Positions 10,465 to 24,298 of a stretch of DNA of 54,136 bases are shown one piece after another. The notes under the pieces are model-generated. The model was not told the origin of the DNA and did no database searches. It saw only the letters and a list, made by a program, of their open reading frames with translations. Origin of the DNA: Octopus bimaculoides (taxonomy: Eukaryota); NCBI RefSeq assembly GCF_001194135.2, contig NC_068989.1:62945444-62999579 (forward strand), read 5' to 3'. Every line of letters begins with the position of its first letter. Within the stretch, counting starts at the first letter, position 1. Made by a program: the position numbers and the translations under genes.

Positions 10465-13400
10465 AAATGATTACAAAATTTTCAAATACCTAGATTAAAA
10501 TATGTATTAATGTATGTAGAAATATATTTATATGCACCGTCTTAAGTTAATTTTTTCTTACTTTCGTATGTCCACTCTGAGCTGTTTTGTTTACTTCAGG
10601 CCTCATATTCTCAGTGACTTTCGCAGGCATCACCAAATGGGAAGTTCTGTCTTATCATTAATGGTGCGAAATTGGGTATTACCATTTTGGTTGATAACTG
10701 ATGTGGAATTAGTGACCCTTTATGCCTCCCGCCCGGTTATTCCCTCAGTACGCGTATCCGTTTTTATCTGTGGTTGTTTATTTACAATGCATTTTCAATT
10801 ATTAAGTAACCGTACGAAGCGCGCTCGACTTCTTTAAGTATATGCATGTGTGCGTGTATGTGTGTGAATGTGTGCGTGAGTGTCTATCTATCTATCTGTA
10901 TATATGACAAAGGTCATATTAGCTAACACTAATTACTTCAATGTTTATAGCAATATCATACTAGTATTCATTAGTGGATAGGAACCTAGACTCTTTTAAT
11001 TTCATATAGCAATCCCTAAACAATTAAAATAGGAATATCGTAATTGTTGCCCAATGACATATAATTTACACAAGTAGATAAACCTGAAATTTCTCCAATC
11101 ACAATATTTTTCCAATCACTATATTATTATTATCACTATTATATTATTACTATTATAATTGTTCTCTATACTTTTAATTTTGATTTAAGCTTCAATCCTA
11201 ATCTTTTTATTTTTTATATTTTCTAATGTTATTTTTTATATTTTCAAATTACTTTTTACCCCTTCCATTATTATTAATTTATCTTCTAAGTAAGTGTATG
11301 TACTCTTGTAATAGATAAGTTTATAAAGCTAGGAATTTTTGGTGGTGTGTTTGGGTAAACTGACCACTCATCACAACGATATCAAATTACAACCTTAATC
11401 TATATTCCAACCAGTGGTCTAGCTAAGAAATTATTTATGACCACTACAATCCCATCCGAGACAGCATCCTGTTCTCAACTTTATAGTATTTTATCTCTTT
11501 ATCTCTTTTTCTACTTTATGGGTTTATTTTATTTCTTTTGTTACTTTATTCCAATGTTGCTATATTTTATTTATATATGTATCTAACTTTATTATCCTTA
11601 TTTTTACTTATATTACTCTCGATTTGACTTCTATTACTTTTATATTTTGTTTCTTATTTTATTTTTTATTCTTTAACTTTTACTTTATTTTTTATTTTTT
11701 ATCTTCTCTTTCTATCTTATACACGCTAGTTGAATGTAATCGAATCTATTTAACATTCACTCTATGCTGAATTTTGGTACAGTATGGGCAGATTTTTGAA
11801 ATTCAACGAACATTTATGCAGATATAACCGTTTAAAGGATAAACCTATTATAATGGATAATAGTAAGTGGACTTTTTCTTTTTCTCTTTCTTTTTCTTTT
11901 TCTCTTTCTTTTTCTTTTTCCTTTCTGATGTAATTTTGGAACTGAAAATGTTTACGGCTGAAGATAGACTTAAACCATCCTTTATATCAACAATATATAC
12001 TGATGTAATAACAGATTGTGTATAAAGCTTGAAACACGTGTATCGCGATATCCTTTGTGTTTTTCCCAATTTAAGTTTAATATATCTGCATATATGTGTG
12101 TGTGTGTGTATGTATTTATATATGTAAATATCTCTCTCTCTCTCTCTCTCTCTNNNNNNNNNNNNNNNNNNNNNNNNNNNNNNNNNNNNNNNNNNNNNNN
12201 NNNNNNNNNNNNNNNNNNNNNNNNNNNNNNNNNNNNNNNNNNNNNNNNNNNNNNNNNNNNNNNNNNNNNNTATATATATGTATGTATTGATATATGTAAA
12301 TAAATATAAATATATATAAATATATGCATGCATGTATGTATGTATGTGTAAGTATAGTAAAGGAAAATAGGCATTAATAAGATTGGGAGGAATATGTAAG
12401 TACTCTCTGCGATTGCATACGTCTGGCTAAAAGATGGACGTTGAAAATTATAGTGATCCTTGTGGATTAGATATGATTTCTGATGTTTGTAAATCTCAAG
12501 TGATTCAGCAATTCATAGATTAGTTAATTAACGACAGAATATAAAGTTATGATCTAATTTCCCGACACATATTTCGCTAATGTTTTGTACACATGATCAA
12601 TCAATTAAATAATGTATTCATCAATTATATTCTGTAACAGTCATCTGTCAAACTTTACTCATAGGAGCACATAAATCGCTCTTAATTCTTGAAAGACTTC
12701 TACTAACGCTGTTGATGCGGTGGAAGAAGTAGACAATGAACATATGATACTGCATTCCCCCATTTGCTATGTACATACAAAGTTCATGGTCGGAGAGTTG
12801 AAAAGTTTATCACGTGTATACAAGTCTGTGACGAGGAGCACTAGAGAAATTTAATTGGTATTTAATGTCATTGCTTTTGTGACAGTTCATAACAAGGTGG
12901 GTGAGTACGCTGATAAATCAGTTAAGTGCTAAATAACTTTTGAAGTAAATACAGTTTGATAATACGACGCACCAAGGAAAATCAGGTTAACAACAGTTAA
13001 ATTGAATTCTACAGAATAAGAAATAAATTGCATTGTAAGAAATACCCAACAAAATTATATTTGTTTAAATATTTGAAGAATCAAATGTAAAAAAATAGCA
13101 TTCTTTAGAAGAGTATTGTAACTGATATTATATATTAAGAGGAACAACGAAGAATTTTTGGCAATGTAACTTAGGATTCCAATTAATGTATTTGTGAAAG
13201 GTTTACCTATTGTTTTATATAGTGGGTACTGTCACATAAGCTAGACGAAACATGTCAGCAAAGAAGCCAATGTTCACATGACGCGTATAGCCGGAGTCCT
13301 GGTAATATCCCGACGTGACTGATTAGCGGGTACATACAGCTTACATTTTGAACACTTCATCTGCAAATTATGATTGTTATGATTATTACGACACTATGAT

Positions 13401-13619
13401 TTCCTTAATCAGTTGTTTAGTTAAGAAATTATGCATCTTCTTTTTTCTTTGGTCCTGAATCATGTATGTCGATATATGCATGTGAAACCTAATTGGGTTT
13501 ACCCACGTTATCTCTATCCCTTTCTCACTATATATATATATATCTTTCCGTATATATGTGCATACATTTATGTATATACACATATATGTATATATGTATC
13601 CATATACTTATTTTTCTTT

Positions 13620-13826
13620 TATTTTTTACTTGTTTCAGTCATTCGACTGCGGTTATGCAGCACCGCTTAAGTTGAAGAAATTGACTCCAGGACTCATTCT
13701 TTGTAAGCCTAGTACTTATTCTATTGGTCACTTTTGCCGAGCCGCTAGCTTGCGGGGACGTAAACACAAACATCGGTTGTCGAGCAATGGTGGGGGGGGG
13801 GGCAAAAGTTACACAAACATATATAT
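13620..13826 (-). mobile_element. SINE family C, 3' half
   Basis: 'tttcagtcattcgactgcgg...cttgtaagcctagtacttattcta...ggggacgtaaacac' is homologous to 9827-10010. Confidence 0.85.
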
Positions 13827-16800
13827 AAAGGAAACCAAAATATTTGCATTGTTTCCTTTGTTGTAAGGATGACAAAATGAGTTTTAGAAAATACACGGAG
13901 TCTTGATATTCAGTATTCAATTAACATTGTTCGGGGGTGCAGATAATACCGAATTAGCAATGTGCATCAATTGAAGTACCTAATTCAACGGAATCTTAAC
14001 TATATNNNNNNNNNNNNNNNNNNNNNNNNNNNNNNNNNNNNNNNNNNNNNNNNNNNNNNNNNNNNNNNNNNNNNNNNNNNNNNNNNNNNNNNNNNNNNNN
14101 NNNNNNNNNNNNNNNNNNNNNNNNNNNNNNNNNNNNNNNNNNNNNNNNNNNNNNNNNNNNNNNNNNNNNNNNNNNNNNNNNNNNNNNNNNNNNNNNNNNN
14201 NNNNNNNNNNNNNNNNNNNNNNNNNNNNNNNNNNNNNNNNNNNNNNNNNNNNNNNNNNNNNNNNNNNNNNNNNNNNNNNNNNNNNNNNNNNNNNNNNNNN
14301 NNNNNNNNNNNNNNNNNNNNNNNNNNNNNNNNNNNNNNNNNNNNNNNNNNNNNNNNNNNNNNNNNNNNNNNNNNNNNNNNNNNNNNNNNNNNNNNNNNNN
14401 NNNNNNNNNNNNNNNNNNNNNNNNNNNNNNNNNNNNNNNNNNNNNNNNNNNNNNNNNNNNNNNNNNNNNNNNNNNNNNNNNNNNNNNNNNNNNNNNNNNN
14501 NNNNNNNNNNNNNNNNNNNNNNNNNNNNNNNNNNNNNNNNNNNNNNNNNNNNNNNNNNNNNNNNNNNNNNNNNNNNNNNNNNNNNNNNNNNNNNNNNNNN
14601 NNNNNNNNNNNNNNNNNNNNNNNNNNNNNNNNNNNNNNNNNNNNNNNNNNNNNNNNNNNNNNNNNNNNNNNNNNNNNNNNNNNNNNNNNNNNNNNNNNNN
14701 NNNNNNNNNNNNNNNNNNNNNNNNNNNNNNNNNNNNNNNNNNNNNNNNNNNNNNNNNNNNNNNNNNNNNNNNNNNNNNNNNNNNNNNNNNNNNNNNNNNN
14801 NNNNNNNNNNNNNNNNNNNNNNNNNNNNNNNNNNNNNNNNNNNNNNNNNNNNNNNNNNNNNNNNNNNNNNNNNNNNNNNNNNNNNNNNNNNNNNNNNNNN
14901 NNNNNNNNNNNNNNNNNNNNNNNNNNNNNNNNNNNNNNNNNNNNNNNNNNNNNNNNNNNNNNNNNNNNNNNNNNNNNTATATATATAATTATGATAATAA
15001 TATTAGGGATAAAAATCCAAATTTACAATAAAATATTCAATTTAATTTATCAAAATTAAATTAAATTTCACAATATATAATATATAAATATATAACTTAG
15101 AGAAATTCTAGAGTGTGTATGAATTAGTACAATATTTTCAGTGAATATTATATATTAATCATTAAATGATACTACGATGTTTATAAAATATATAATATAA
15201 TAAATACTTCAATTAATTTATGTAATGTAAATATATTTATTTATAGTATTTTAGCTTCTTTTATGTATATTATCTAATTTAAGTATTTTAGTTTTAAGTT
15301 ATTAAACTTTAAAATTATTTAGATTTTAAAATTTCCAGTAAATATTTATAATAATGTTAATTTTTTATTATGATTATATCTAAAATACATTGTGATTTTA
15401 TAAATAATCTTTAATACATATTTATATATCTCTTTATTCTATTACTTTTGTTTACGCCATATTTTCACGCCAATTAATTCTAATAAAGGCTAAGTATTAG
15501 AATTTTAGAATTTTAGTTTAAACGTTTAGAATTTTAGTTTAAACTAAAGCTTCGATAAGATAAGTATTGCATTTATTTTCACTACTATTGTTAAATGTTT
15601 TTCGTTTATTTATTGGTAAAATAGGTAGTTTTACATAAATTCATTTGATATTTATTGTTAATCGATATATATACGTTCATTTCATTATCATTATTGTTTT
15701 TTGTCCTGAGGATATATTTTTGAATAGAATTCTATTTTTTAATTGAATTGATTTTTCTTCTTTTTTCTATTTGAAAATATGGTTATGAAACACGTGTAGT
15801 CATTTTTACTATTCTAATATTTATTACTTTGTAATTTTTTAACTTTTAGTATAGGTCTTTATACAGTATTTACTTAAATTTCTCTATATGTGATTGTGGA
15901 TTTTCATGGATGAATTCAATAGTTGTGGGGTTTTTTCTCTAAATTATATATATATATATATATATATNNNNNNNNNNNNNNNNNNNNNNNNNNNNNNNNN
16001 NNNNNNNNNNNNNNNNNNNNNNNNNNNNNNNNNNNNNNNNNNNNNNNNNNNNNNNNNNNNNNNNNNNNNNNNNNNNNNNNNNNNNNNNNNNNNNNNNNNN
16101 NNNNNNNNNNNNNNNNNNNNNNNNNNNNNNNNNNNNNNNNNNNNNNNNNNNNNNNNNNNNNNNNNNNNNNNNNNNNNNNNNNNNNNNNNNNNNNNNNNNN
16201 NNNNNNNNNNNNNNNNNNNNNNNNNNNNNNNNNNNNNNNNNNNNNNNNNNNNNNNNNNNNNNNNNNNNNNNNNNNNNNNNNNNNNNNNNNNNNNNNNNNN
16301 NNNNNNNNNNNNNNNNNNNNNNNNNNNNNNNNNNNNNNNNNNNNNNNNNNNNNNNNNNNNNNNNNNNNNNNNNNNNNNNNNNNNNNNNNNNNNNNNNNNN
16401 NNNNNNNNNNNNNNNNNNNNNNNNNNNNNNNNNNNNNNNNNNNNNNNNNNNNNNNNNNNNNNNNNNNNNNNNNNNNNNNNNNNNNNNNNNNNNNNNNNNN
16501 NNNNNNNNNNNNNNNNNNNNNNNNNNNNNNNNNNNNNNNNNNNNNNNNNNNNNNNNNNNNNNNNNNNNNNNNNNNNNNNNNNNNNNNNNNNNNNNNTATA
16601 TATATATATATATATGCATCTGTATATGTTTCTCTGCGTGTTTGTGTATGTGTAGCTCTGTATGTGCTGAATCCGCTGAATTGCATATCAGATAATTTAA
16701 TTATTACGCAATGTGTGAAATACTGAACACTTTCCACTCAAAGAGATGTGAAACCTGCCAGTAATTAAATATGCAAATAAAGTCAATATTGGTTAATTCC

Positions 16801-18324
16801 ATATTTCTTTTCGATTTTTATTAACATATTGGCTAAATGTAGCATGTAAGTGAACTTTGATTTGATATGATTAGAATAATTTATCTTGACACTACACTGA
16901 GATCGACCCAATTATGTTTATATTAACCTGCATTACTGTACTGTCCATTACTGCGTATTCAAATTGTGTAAAATTTTCTGCCGTGATGCATGAAGTTGAT
17001 TATGTGTAATTGATGAATTTCAAGTGAAAATCGTCGAGGGAAATCGGGTGAGTTCGATGTCGATTTTTATCAACAGAAAATAGATTTGGTGTTACACAAG
17101 TAAATTGTTTTTGAGTAGTTATACATACATACATACATGCATGCATACATACATACATACATACATACATTCATATACACCTATAGATAGATACATCTGT
17201 ATGTATGTATGTATGTATGTATGTACAAATGAACTCCACTCCTGTGAGGTTGGAATAAATTCTTGTATCGTGTTCTGAGCAAGTAGTCACTCATAAATGG
17301 CTAAACACATTAGCATTTAGATTGCTCTGTCAAATATTACTATGCATTATATGAAGCTTCGAAATTTCAATGATGCGGTCATTTCTTTCGAGTGTCCATT
17401 TTGGACATAGAACTAGTAGAAGGGATTAGAAAATGTATGAGAAAGAATAATAGCACGTAAGTAAGAAAGAAGAGAAAACGAAACGGCTTATCAATTTCTA
17501 GTAATTATGAATTGGTCAAAACTCCCGAGCAAATTTAATCATTATAGAGACTTTCTACAAGGATGGAATTATATGAAGACCATTAAGGCAAACCTATGGA
17601 ATGATGTTGGGTTTGAGCTGCATTTTTCCATTCTAGTCCTTCACAAGTACTGAGACTGAGTATGCTAGGTAATACATCGGAGAACACTAATAGAGAAATC
17701 TGCAGACCTACTTTAAAATCTGTCCCGATGTAATGAAGCACAACATAATATTCCAGAAACGTTTTCTCGTGATTCTACATTACTAAATAGTTGACGTCAT
17801 AATTTCAGAACGAATTATTGCATGTCTGGAAGAGCAATATTTAAAGATGACACACCGATAATATGATAAAAAATGTTAGTACTTCACATATGCAATTTCG
17901 ACAATAGAAACACATTGAAATCAATCTTTCTTCATGTCTTGGTCAGGCAGCCGATTCTTGATAAATGAAGTGACTGAATAAGGAACACTAAATAGATGGT
18001 TTTTAAAAATCCGGTTACTGGAAGCTACTATCAAAATCCCTTCAGCGATCACTAATTTTTCGAGAATATCTATTTTGCCGTTGTACAAGCACCCGCTAGA
18101 AAAGACGAACAGTTTGAACCACTTAGAGTACGATGATGGTTGAAATTAACTGTTTGCCATATTCGGAAATTATCGTGTAAGATGAATATGTAACAATGAC
18201 GATGAATTTCATATTTATTAGCATCTTCCGCTAGATTAGAACGTGAGTATACAAATCACTTTTGAGTTTGTCACAGGAGAACAACTTCTTTGTGACAAAT
18301 TCGTGTTCATAACAAATTCACTTT

Positions 18325-18950
18325 ATTAGCGTGCGATAATGATAGATGAGAAGGACGCTGAATTGAGCCACGCACCGCTATTTGGCTGCAAGTCAAAACG
18401 GAGGCACGCATGGTGGTGCTGGTCATGTGATATCTATAGCCGCTCGAGGTTGGTCTAGCGTTTAATGTCGTTCTAGATGCGTTGGATATCCATATTCTGG
18501 CGTCGTGGAGCCCATAAGCTGTCCAATCGGTAAGGGCTGACTCCGGTAAATGGGCCACATAACGTTTAGCTAACCCATGGAGTATCTAGCCAAAGAGAAG
18601 TATAGCTGGAGAAGACGGAGGAGAGATAAGCCAGCAGAGCCACGTCTACCGCAGATCGAAGGCCAAGGTCACCGTATCTAATAGGTACTTCTGCATGTTG
18701 ACAGCCGGCATAGTCTAAACTGACATTGTAGACACAGCGTTCAAAGGTATTATCGATGTCAACGTCGTCGACAGCTAGCGCAAAAAGGAGTTGACCAATA
18801 GGGTAAATTGAGGAGGATGGCGTCTAAGACACGCCTCTAAGTTGTGGTCGAGTGTATCGCTGTTGAAGTTGTTTTTTTTTTTAATCCAACTTTAGTAGGA
18901 GGCAAGGGGACGAGGGAGACGTGTGCTGATCGCTGACTATGTATACATTT
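18325..18950 (-). mobile_element. Decayed CRE-like non-LTR retrotransposon RT fragment
   Basis: The minus-strand translation, across stops and frameshifts, gives LLKLD*...NFNS (RT motif KLDxxNAFNS), SIYPIGQLLFALAVDD (motif GDPxGPLLFALA), AEVPIRYGDLGLRSAVDVALLAYLSS (LPVRxGGLGLR...A..AYLAS) and HHHACL...SGAWLNS. I recognise this motif order from CRE-clade proteins. Confidence 0.7.
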
Positions 18951-19644
18951 TCCACTATTGTTAGATTAACAAGTTGTATGTGCCTCTGGGTGACAAAATC
19001 CAATGATGTGTAAACACCGGCTGTCCCAGAGTTTTATGCGCTAATGAATCAAGTCTTTATGAGTACACAATTGTCGTAAGCACAACAGGTCTTAGCATAT
19101 TCAATTTTGAACATAATAAGAATAAATATACAAGTCATCTTTTATTCCCGTTGTTCACCTTGTATATTGACGATTCAGTATCAATGACGTTAATGGTGAA
19201 GTTAGGATCCATTTGTCTCAAGAACAGAGGGCAATCTGTCAGCACCCAAAATATTCTTAGAAGAAATTAACTGCAGAAATGTTGACACTATTCCACTGAA
19301 GTCATATGTAAATCATAAGCCTTCAGAAATAATAGGCTGTGAAATATGAGAGGAAGTATCAGTTATATACCATTGTGTAGTTACATGTTTCATACTCATA
19401 GAAATTACAACTTTATAGCTTCTTAACTTTTGTACGGGAATGAATAAAAAATTATCACTACCTCCCTAAAATAGAATAAAATATTGAATTATTAATTTCT
19501 TGTTAAGAGAAACTGTTGTAGAAGTTTGAAAGGGAGCAAAATCAGAATTTAATTTTTTTTTCCAATGAATTAAGCAAGTACATATTGGTCCTGCTACTCC
19601 AAACTGTAATATTTCACGTTTTCTAAACAATATAACACGAAAGG

Positions 19645-19860
19645 AAGACATTTCATGCTAGATTTCGTCTCGAACAAAATGCTGCGTGGGCATTTACTCT
19701 AGCTTTTTACGCTCTGGTCTGAAATACTACCATGGTCAACAGTACATATCACTCATTCGGGGTCAATAAAGTAAAAAGCATTTAAGTAAGGGGTCGATAT
19801 AATCGATAATGTCCACCCTTCAAAATTGCTAGCTTTGTGCCAAAATTTGAAAGCATTATT
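19645..19860 (+). mobile_element. SINE family A, highly diverged copy
   Basis: 'cattcggggtcaataaagtaaaaagcatttaagtaaggggtcgatataatcgat...gctttgtgccaaaatttgaaagcattatt'. Confidence 0.6.
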
Positions 19861-21648
19861 ATAGTTTTATATTTTATATCTATTTTGCTGTTTTCCGTTA
19901 TTAGACGGTGACCATGATTGGTCATCTTCTTCAGTGATTTTACTTGATCATATCGACCCCAATACTTATTTCTGTCTCTAGCTTATTGTACAATTATTTA
20001 TTTATTGATCATATAAAATATCGATCAAACTAAATTATCTTTTGAGATAAAAGGACGCAACACTGTCCGCCATATTACACAATTATTACGTAGCTTTTTA
20101 TTATTATTTTTGTCAATCGCTAATATTTCATTGATCACTTTATATTATTTCGGTAATATACCCCTATTTATATTGATATTTACAATATAGTTTATATCAA
20201 TTAACATTTAAGTTTGTTACATAGTTAAGACTACGACAAACCATTATGCTGTTTCCTCTACTGCTCTGTTTTCTATTAGGTATGATACTTTCACATCATC
20301 CCCTTTATCTTAAGGGACTTGCAGCAACGATATACTAGAGTTTTGATGTTTGGCAGCTATATTGAAGCTACTGATTTTGTTGTTATTATTGATAATGGTG
20401 TCATTTATCTTTAGTTCGCTTTGACTCAACGAGATTACACTGAAAACTCATTTTCAGCAAATATATACTTATATGATGAGACGTATTTAAGCGAAGATTG
20501 CAAGGTATAGCTTGAAGGGAAATTCGTGGTTATTTATAAAAAAACCAAGAGAGGAGACGGAGGGTCAGCTCAAACAAATCCACACAGAAAGTCTTTGTAA
20601 TAAATAGATTATCAAAATGTCACAATTCCTATCGAATACTCCAGAACATGTTTCAGTTATACATTTAGTGAAATTTGACCATGGTGACAAAAAGACAACT
20701 CCCAACATTCATAGAATTATAAAATAAAGAGATAACAAACCACCAAGATGCGCGTAGATCAATACATTATTATTCAGTAGGTGCCTCAAATGGGATTGCA
20801 GAATCTAGGTGAATACCATTGTTTCTACGAGATATATCGTTGCCTCTTTAATTAATCACAAAAGATAAATAAAATTAACAAAACTTGTCAGAACTATCAA
20901 AAATCTCCCCACAATTACCTCTAAAAGATCAATAGACGACTCGTCGAAAATCAATAAGTGTTGACAATTTGTTTAGGTGAAGATGACTAATATTGTGTAT
21001 ATGGTTTGAATTTAGATTTGTTTAGATATATTAGCTTTTTTTCTCTCTATTTGATTTTATATTTGTTTTCTTCAGAACATTTCATCAACTTCCTATAATT
21101 ACATTTCTTTGAAGTTTTCATTGTCAGACATCAACAATTTCCATAATACGTTTTCAAGTACTGACTCTTTTTCCTTCTATTCGTTAGGCTTCACTATAAT
21201 GTAAATGGACACATTCATATCAGTTTTGTATATGTTCAACCGACTTGGGATGATTTAGTTGCAAACCAAGTATTTATATATTTATAACAACCACAAAATA
21301 TATAAAGTAAATTCGATTTCAGTACAGAAATGTTTATGTCTTGCTGCCTATGTGTGAGTGTGTGCGTGTAAGTGTGTGTGAATCCGTGCATGTGTATGTG
21401 TGTGTATTTGTGAGTGTATGAATGTGAATTTATGTATGTGGGAATGAGCGTGCGAATGTGCATTTATGTATGTGTGTGTGAACTCCTGTGTAGTTCAAAG
21501 TTGCAACTGGTTGGAAAGTAACATGATATAGTATTGTGTGATGAAACTGAGAAATAAAGACATCGATTAAGAGTCACGGCAACGATTAAAACACAAGAAC
21601 TCTTCTCTGCTTAAGAACATCAGATCCTTTCTCTCCATATTATTATTA

Positions 21649-21871
21649 CAGTTTTGGTTAGTCTCAGGTCTTATTCCAGCTAGTGATTATGCGGATAGCG
21701 AGTTACAACCTTTAACCTTAGGTATCCAAAAGTTTCCAGCAGTCTTTCAAGTGCTTAGGATCCTACTGATAATCCTTTTTGTCGCTAAGAGATAACATTT
21801 ATGTAGGAGATCTACCGGGCAATCTATTTCAATCTCCCTCAGCCATTTGTCTATATTTTTTCTTACTGTTC
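21649..21871 (-). mobile_element. R4/Dong-clade LINE 3' end (subfamily 1)
   Basis: Minus strand gives GTVRKNIDKWLREIEIDCPVDLLHKCYLLATKRIISRILST*, the conserved C-terminus of R4-type ORFs, then a short 3' UTR ending in (TAA)n at 21638-21648. Confidence 0.7.
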
Positions 21872-21877
21872 AAATTT

Positions 21878-21898
21878 TATTATTATTATTGTTATTAC

Positions 21899-21931
<33 letters not shown>

Positions 21932-21934
21932 GAG

Positions 21935-21987
<53 letters not shown>

Positions 21988-22025
21988 ATATTATTGTTAT
22001 TATCATTATTATTATTATTATTATT
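21878..22025. repeat. Compound (ATT)n/(ACT)n microsatellite
   Basis: Direct inspection. Confidence 0.95.
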
Positions 22026-22151
22026 CAGTAGTTTTATTTTTATAACGTGCTTTCACTTCACTACCGAGCGCAGCTCTGTGCGCCTTGGGTATGTGCTGTG
22101 GTTTGCTGTGGTGCTCTTATGTTTACTGTATTGAAAGTGTTTTGCGTAGAA
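22026..22151 (-). mobile_element. R4/Dong-clade LINE 3' end (subfamily 2), running into an N-gap
   Basis: Nearly identical to the 3' end at 27058-27180. It contains the ORF end (RKTFNTVN* in one frame, ...LSIQ* in another) and the UTR 'gcgctcggtagtgaagtgaaagcacg' on the minus strand. Confidence 0.85.
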
Positions 22152-22875
22152 NNNNNNNNNNNNNNNNNNNNNNNNNNNNNNNNNNNNNNNNNNNNNNNNN
22201 NNNNNNNNNNNNNNNNNNNNNNNNNNNNNNNNNNNNNNNNNNNNNNNNNNNNNNNNNNNNNNNNNNNNNNNNNNNNNNNNNNNNNNNNNNNNNNNNNNNN
22301 NNNNNNNNNNNNNNNNNNNNNNNNNNNNNNNNNNNNNNNNNNNNNNNNNNNNNNNNNNNNNNNNNNNNNNNNNNNNNNNNNNNNNNNNNNNNNNNNNNNN
22401 NNNNNNNNNNNNNNNNNNNNNNNNNNNNNNNNNNNNNNNNNNNNNNNNNNNNNNNNNNNNNNNNNNNNNNNNNNNNNNNNNNNNNNNNNNNNNNNNNNNN
22501 NNNNNNNNNNNNNNNNNNNNNNNNNNNNNNNNNNNNNNNNNNNNNNNNNNNNNNNNNNNNNNNNNNNNNNNNNNNNNNNNNNNNNNNNNNNNNNNNNNNN
22601 NNNNNNNNNNNNNNNNNNNNNNNNNNNNNNNNNNNNNNNNNNNNNNNNNNNNNNNNNNNNNNNNNNNNNNNNNNNNNNNNNNNNNNNNNNNNNNNNNNNN
22701 NNNNNNNNNNNNNNNNNNNNNNNNNNNNNNNNNNNNNNNNNNNNNNNNNNNNNNNNNNNNNNNNNNNNNNNNNNNNNNNNNNNNNNNNNNNNNNNNNNNN
22801 NNNNNNNNNNNNNNNNNNNNNNNNNNNNNNNNNNNNNNNNNNNNNNNNNNNNNNNNNNNNNNNNNNNNNNNNNNN

Positions 22876-22943
<68 letters not shown>

Positions 22944-22944
<1 letters not shown>

Positions 22945-24180
22945 TGAGTGAGAGAACAGTGTATGCCATCAAATTGACACTGGGGTAAAATATACGAAGC
23001 CCAGCTTACACGTCATCACTACACCTATTATAAGGGTACACCAGGCAGATACATCATAACAATATGTGCGCGACATGGTAATGTCTTATCAACGTTAACA
23101 GCGCATGGACTCGCAGGTAGGGCCCAGTTAGAATGTTCTTCGGGTCGAGGTAACCCATCCCGTTCAAAAGGTCCCTGAATAAGAGTCGTCTAAGGATGTT
23201 CAACGAAACACCCACGTTTCCAGAGGTGAATTATCCAAACCCCAAAGAATTCCCCTCAACACATGGCTACGATGCCCTCTCACTACTTCTGCTCGTGATC
23301 AGAGATGCACATATCATCATCCACTAAGGGACATTCTCAACTGGTTATGGGGAAACAACTGAAAGCACATCTGTGGTATTGATCAGAATATTTGCTATAG
23401 TCCATCTTTTATACCAGACTAAGCAATGTACATGATAATACATCCAATCAGTTACGATGAGAGACCCTGAGAGATACTCTTTGGTACTGCAGCAAGGCAT
23501 TTAATTCTAAAGTGTCAGCTGTTCACTATCTTGTTTTTCCAGTACCATCAGGAGTATATGAGCGGTTCCAAGCAGTGTTACTTTTTGCAAGTGCTCCGCC
23601 ATTATTGCAGCCCCTATTTGTTCCATGTACTTCTCAAGATTTTACTCACTGTTCCCAGGGCTCCCACAGTTATTGGTACTACTACCACCTTTTTCAGTGA
23701 CCAAACCCGCTTGACCTCCCAAGCTAACCTGTTATATTTATCGATTTTTTTACTTACTCATCGCATACTTGTTGTCAGCTGGGCATGCTATATTTATGAT
23801 CCAGCATCGATTACTTTCTCAATTAACAGTATGCCTGGTTTCCTCTTCTCTATTTCATGGTTGCACTGAGTCAGAGAAGCCCATAGAATATTTGCATTAT
23901 CATTTTCGATGATGCCTTCCGTTTTATGTTCATACCAATTTTTTGTTCTGTCCATACTTGTTGCAAAATGTCCAATGAACAAGCCTCACTATATTGTCAT
24001 GACGAATCTTATATTCTTTCTGGGGTAGTGGCGTACATTGGAGATGACAGGAGAGATCTTATATATCTCAAGGTCCTTGAGTAGTCAATTATGCGGGACA
24101 CAATCAAACGCTTCCAAGTAGCCTACCCATGCCAAACACACGTTCTTCTTTTTGATCCGGCAATTCTCTACAACCATATT
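22944..24180 (-). mobile_element. R4/Dong-clade LINE (subfamily 3): truncated, internally deleted, with long 3' UTR
   Basis: Minus strand gives an RT motif (CLAWVGYLEAFDCVPHN, 24085-24180) joined almost directly to the zinc-knuckle region (QCTPLPQKEYKIRHDNIVRLVHW). The RLE endonuclease follows (WYEHKTEG..ENDNANILW..RKPGILLIEK..IACPAD..VPITVGALGTVSK..LQKVTLLGTAHIL). A ~550-bp UTR abuts (ATT)n at 22876-22943. Confidence 0.85.
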
Positions 24181-24298
24181 ATTATTTTGATCATTATCGT
24201 CGTCGTCGTCGTCGTCATCATCATCATTATCATTATTATTATTATTACTATTATCATTATTATTATTATTAGGGTTGTTATTGTTGTCGTTGTTGTTA

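Noticed and set aside
10590-10840. Possible exon after the acceptor-like 'tttacttcag' (ORF 10532-10837)
   Set aside because: No recognisable protein in any frame and no convincing donor site or partner exons.
12880-12910. Donor-like GG|GTGAGT sites (here and near 17048) suggesting small exons
   Set aside because: Splice-like motifs alone cannot support an exon call without transcript data.
15000-15900. Extremely AT-rich tract considered as a NUMT
   Set aside because: No mitochondrial gene, tRNA or rRNA motif was recognised; it is low complexity only.
17121-17225. (TACA)n followed by (GTAT)n forming a quasi-palindrome
   Set aside because: A common by-product of opposed microsatellites in this genome.
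20540-21230. Possible further Penelope relic (GAAACAUGUU palindrome on the minus strand; IIVKP-like motif)
   Set aside because: No CUGANGA upstream, and the protein motifs are too degenerate to support a call.
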